Of a DNA stretch of 25,572 nucleotides, positions 24,146 through 25,572 are shown in pieces. Source of the stretch: a virus. Lineage: Duplodnaviria > Heunggongvirae > Uroviricota > Caudoviricetes. Location: positions 133,058 through 158,629 of IMG/VR virus record IMGVR_UViG_2910903598_000005; one strand, 5' to 3'. The notes under the pieces were generated by a model. It was not told the DNA's origin. It made no database searches and saw only the letters and a program-made list of their open reading frames with translations. How positions within the stretch are numbered: position 1 is the stretch's first letter; the number at the start of each line of letters is the position of its first letter. The translations under genes were made by a program, and so were the position numbers.

Positions 24146-24535
24146 ATGACAAAAGAATTAATCAGTGCTGCGGATATGAAAGCGTATTCGCAGCATGGAG
24201 AAACAAAACAACTTAATGAGGTTTTTGAGGACCTATATGATGATTTAGTGAAAGAAATTTGGAGAACCGCAGAAATTAATGGCAGATTAGAATGTAGACT
24301 TTCAACTGCGTTAATGACGTGCGATGAGTGCAAATCAAGTGATAGATGTATTACAGAGTTACTACCACTGATCAATAGAGGGTATGCATATATCATAACG
24401 AGAAGATATACCACTTCTATCTCTTATTTTTATAATATCTATGTTAGTTGGTCAGGACATGCACCAAATATTAGTGGATATCCATCTCCAACGCAAGGTA
24501 AAGAAAAAGTAGTTTATTCATCTTATATTCAGTAA
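24146..24535 (+). CDS. Hypothetical protein
   Basis: 129-aa ORF abutting dut. Confidence 0.6.
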   Translation: MTKELISAADMKAYSQHGETKQLNEVFEDLYDDLVKEIWRTAEINGRLECRLSTALMTCDECKSSDRCITELLPLINRGYAYIITRRYTTSISYFYNIYVSWSGHAPNISGYPSPTQGKEKVVYSSYIQ

Positions 24536-24554
24536 ATTTTTGGAGGATTTATAT

Positions 24555-25331
24555 ATGATTAAGATTGAACACCCAGTATTCCCAAGTCCAGAGCAGTGGA
24601 TGTTTGCTATTGAAGGAGCTAGAAACGCATACGATAGTTGGCACTTAAGTGATAGCTACATTGGACATACCACAGAATATGATAAAGAAAGAAATGTAGA
24701 AATCTGGCATCCATGTTTTTGTATGGGCGAAAAAGATTTAGGTTTATTTAAAAGACTTGCAAGAGCAGGTAAGGATCATAGAAAGGCTTTACGATCACTG
24801 CCAGTTGGATTACGAATTACATCTCATCACACATGGTGGGCGCAAGCAGATACATATAAAGTTGGAACAACAAGATGTAGTTGCTCTAAAATGCACACAA
24901 TTCACAAAAAAGAATTTGACTTAGATAGTTTTTCTCATGAAGGTATTGATGTCATAATTGATAAATTTTCATTATCTGCTCACGAAGAATTTGAAAATGG
25001 ATTTGACACTTTAGGCGTTGAAAATACGCTTGGGTATAAAGTTAAACGACACACAGAAAATACTATTCAGTTACTAAATGAACTTAAAGATGAGTACAAT
25101 GCAACAAAGGATAAAAATATTTGGAATGCAATTCTTGAAATGCTACCTATGGGATATAATATCACAGCAAATCTTTCTCTTACTTATGAAGTGCTTTTAA
25201 ATATGTATTTTTCACGAAAGACACATCCAGTAAAGGATTGGAGAATCTTCTGCCAGTGGATGTTAGACAATGTGCCATATTTCAAAGAACTTGTAGAACA
25301 TATTGAAGGGCAGAATAAAAAAGTAGATTAA
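24555..25331 (+). CDS. Divergent ThyX-like (flavin-dependent thymidylate synthase fold) protein
   Basis: GARNAYDS, DHRKALR, WWAQADTYKVGTTRCSCSKMH, LLEMLP-like ILEMLPMG, YEVLLNMYFSRKTH..DWR.FC. The canonical RHR-x7-S is absent. GGAGG SD before ATG 24555. Confidence 0.65.
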   Translation: MIKIEHPVFPSPEQWMFAIEGARNAYDSWHLSDSYIGHTTEYDKERNVEIWHPCFCMGEKDLGLFKRLARAGKDHRKALRSLPVGLRITSHHTWWAQADTYKVGTTRCSCSKMHTIHKKEFDLDSFSHEGIDVIIDKFSLSAHEEFENGFDTLGVENTLGYKVKRHTENTIQLLNELKDEYNATKDKNIWNAILEMLPMGYNITANLSLTYEVLLNMYFSRKTHPVKDWRIFCQWMLDNVPYFKELVEHIEGQNKKVD

Positions 25332-25362
25332 ATCCTTATTTAATGATTGGAGATTATCGCAT

Positions 25363-25572
25363 ATGAAGAAAAAAGAAAAACCACAGATTCCAATTTGGGA
25401 GCGAGCCAACTTAACTATTGATGAGGCTTCTGTTTATTTTCACATAGGAGCTGCAAAATTACGGGAATTAGCAGATAATCCAACTGTAAATTTCGTGCTT
25501 GAAATTGGAACAAGACGTTTAATTAAACGTAAACAATTCGAACAATATCTTGAAAACAAAAGATATCTGTAA
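25363..25572 (+). CDS. xis: Excisionase / winged-HTH protein (Tn916-Xis-like)
   Basis: IPIWERANLTIDEASVYFHIG..KLREL...FVL.IG.RRLIKRKQFEQYL. Confidence 0.8.
   Translation: MKKKEKPQIPIWERANLTIDEASVYFHIGAAKLRELADNPTVNFVLEIGTRRLIKRKQFEQYLENKRYL

Larger units (their letters stand above)
1..25572 (+). mobile_element. Segment of a large temperate phage/prophage (SPbeta-like DNA metabolism and accessory region)
   Basis: Dense co-oriented genes. Phage-type auxiliary set (LigA, NrdDG, dUTPase, ThyX-like, multi-TRD MTase, RNA ligase/Pnk, Tad2, 3D protein) among many small hypotheticals, with an excisionase at the end. No structural genes in the window. Confidence 0.85.

Noticed and set aside
37-24414. 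Minus-strand and alternate-frame ORFs in the supplied track (e.g. 37-252, 2701-2982, 3671-4033, 21052-21468, 24076-24414)
   Set aside because: They lie opposite or inside well-supported + strand genes, and I saw no SD or recognisable motif. They are treated as shadow ORFs.
1-25572. Stop-codon reassignment
   Set aside because: Conserved genes are full length under the standard code, and TAA, TAG and TGA all terminate genes.

Overview
A 25.6 kb, AT-rich segment with all credible protein genes on the + strand. It looks like the DNA-metabolism/accessory arm of a large temperate Firmicutes phage or prophage (SPbeta-like gene set; a Clostridia-type host is inferred). It encodes a RecD-like helicase end, a 3D-domain protein, NAD-dependent DNA ligase, a guanylate-kinase-like protein, NrdD/NrdG, a C5 DNA methyltransferase, a PAPS-reductase-family protein, an RNA ligase plus kinase-HD pair, dUTPase, a ThyX-like protein and an excisionase, with many small hypothetical genes between them. 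Three things stand out. (1) The C5 methyltransferase is circularly permuted (motif I at the C-terminus), has a Zn-ribbon insertion and four TRD-like repeats, and ends in a textbook -1 frameshift signal (A_AAT_TTT, 6-nt spacer, 8-bp hairpin) that would append an 80-aa fifth TRD-like module. (2) An ~80-nt minus-strand sRNA with its own extended -10 promoter and terminator (19032-19112) reads as a ~17-nt guide followed by a sequence resembling the 5' half of a type II-A CRISPR repeat, i.e. a candidate crRNA mimic. (3) There is an anti-defence cluster (Tad2 homolog plus ADP-ribosylglycohydrolase) and an RNA-repair pair. Two palindromic motif families recur in the intergenic regions. All family assignments rest on motif recognition by eye; no database search was run.
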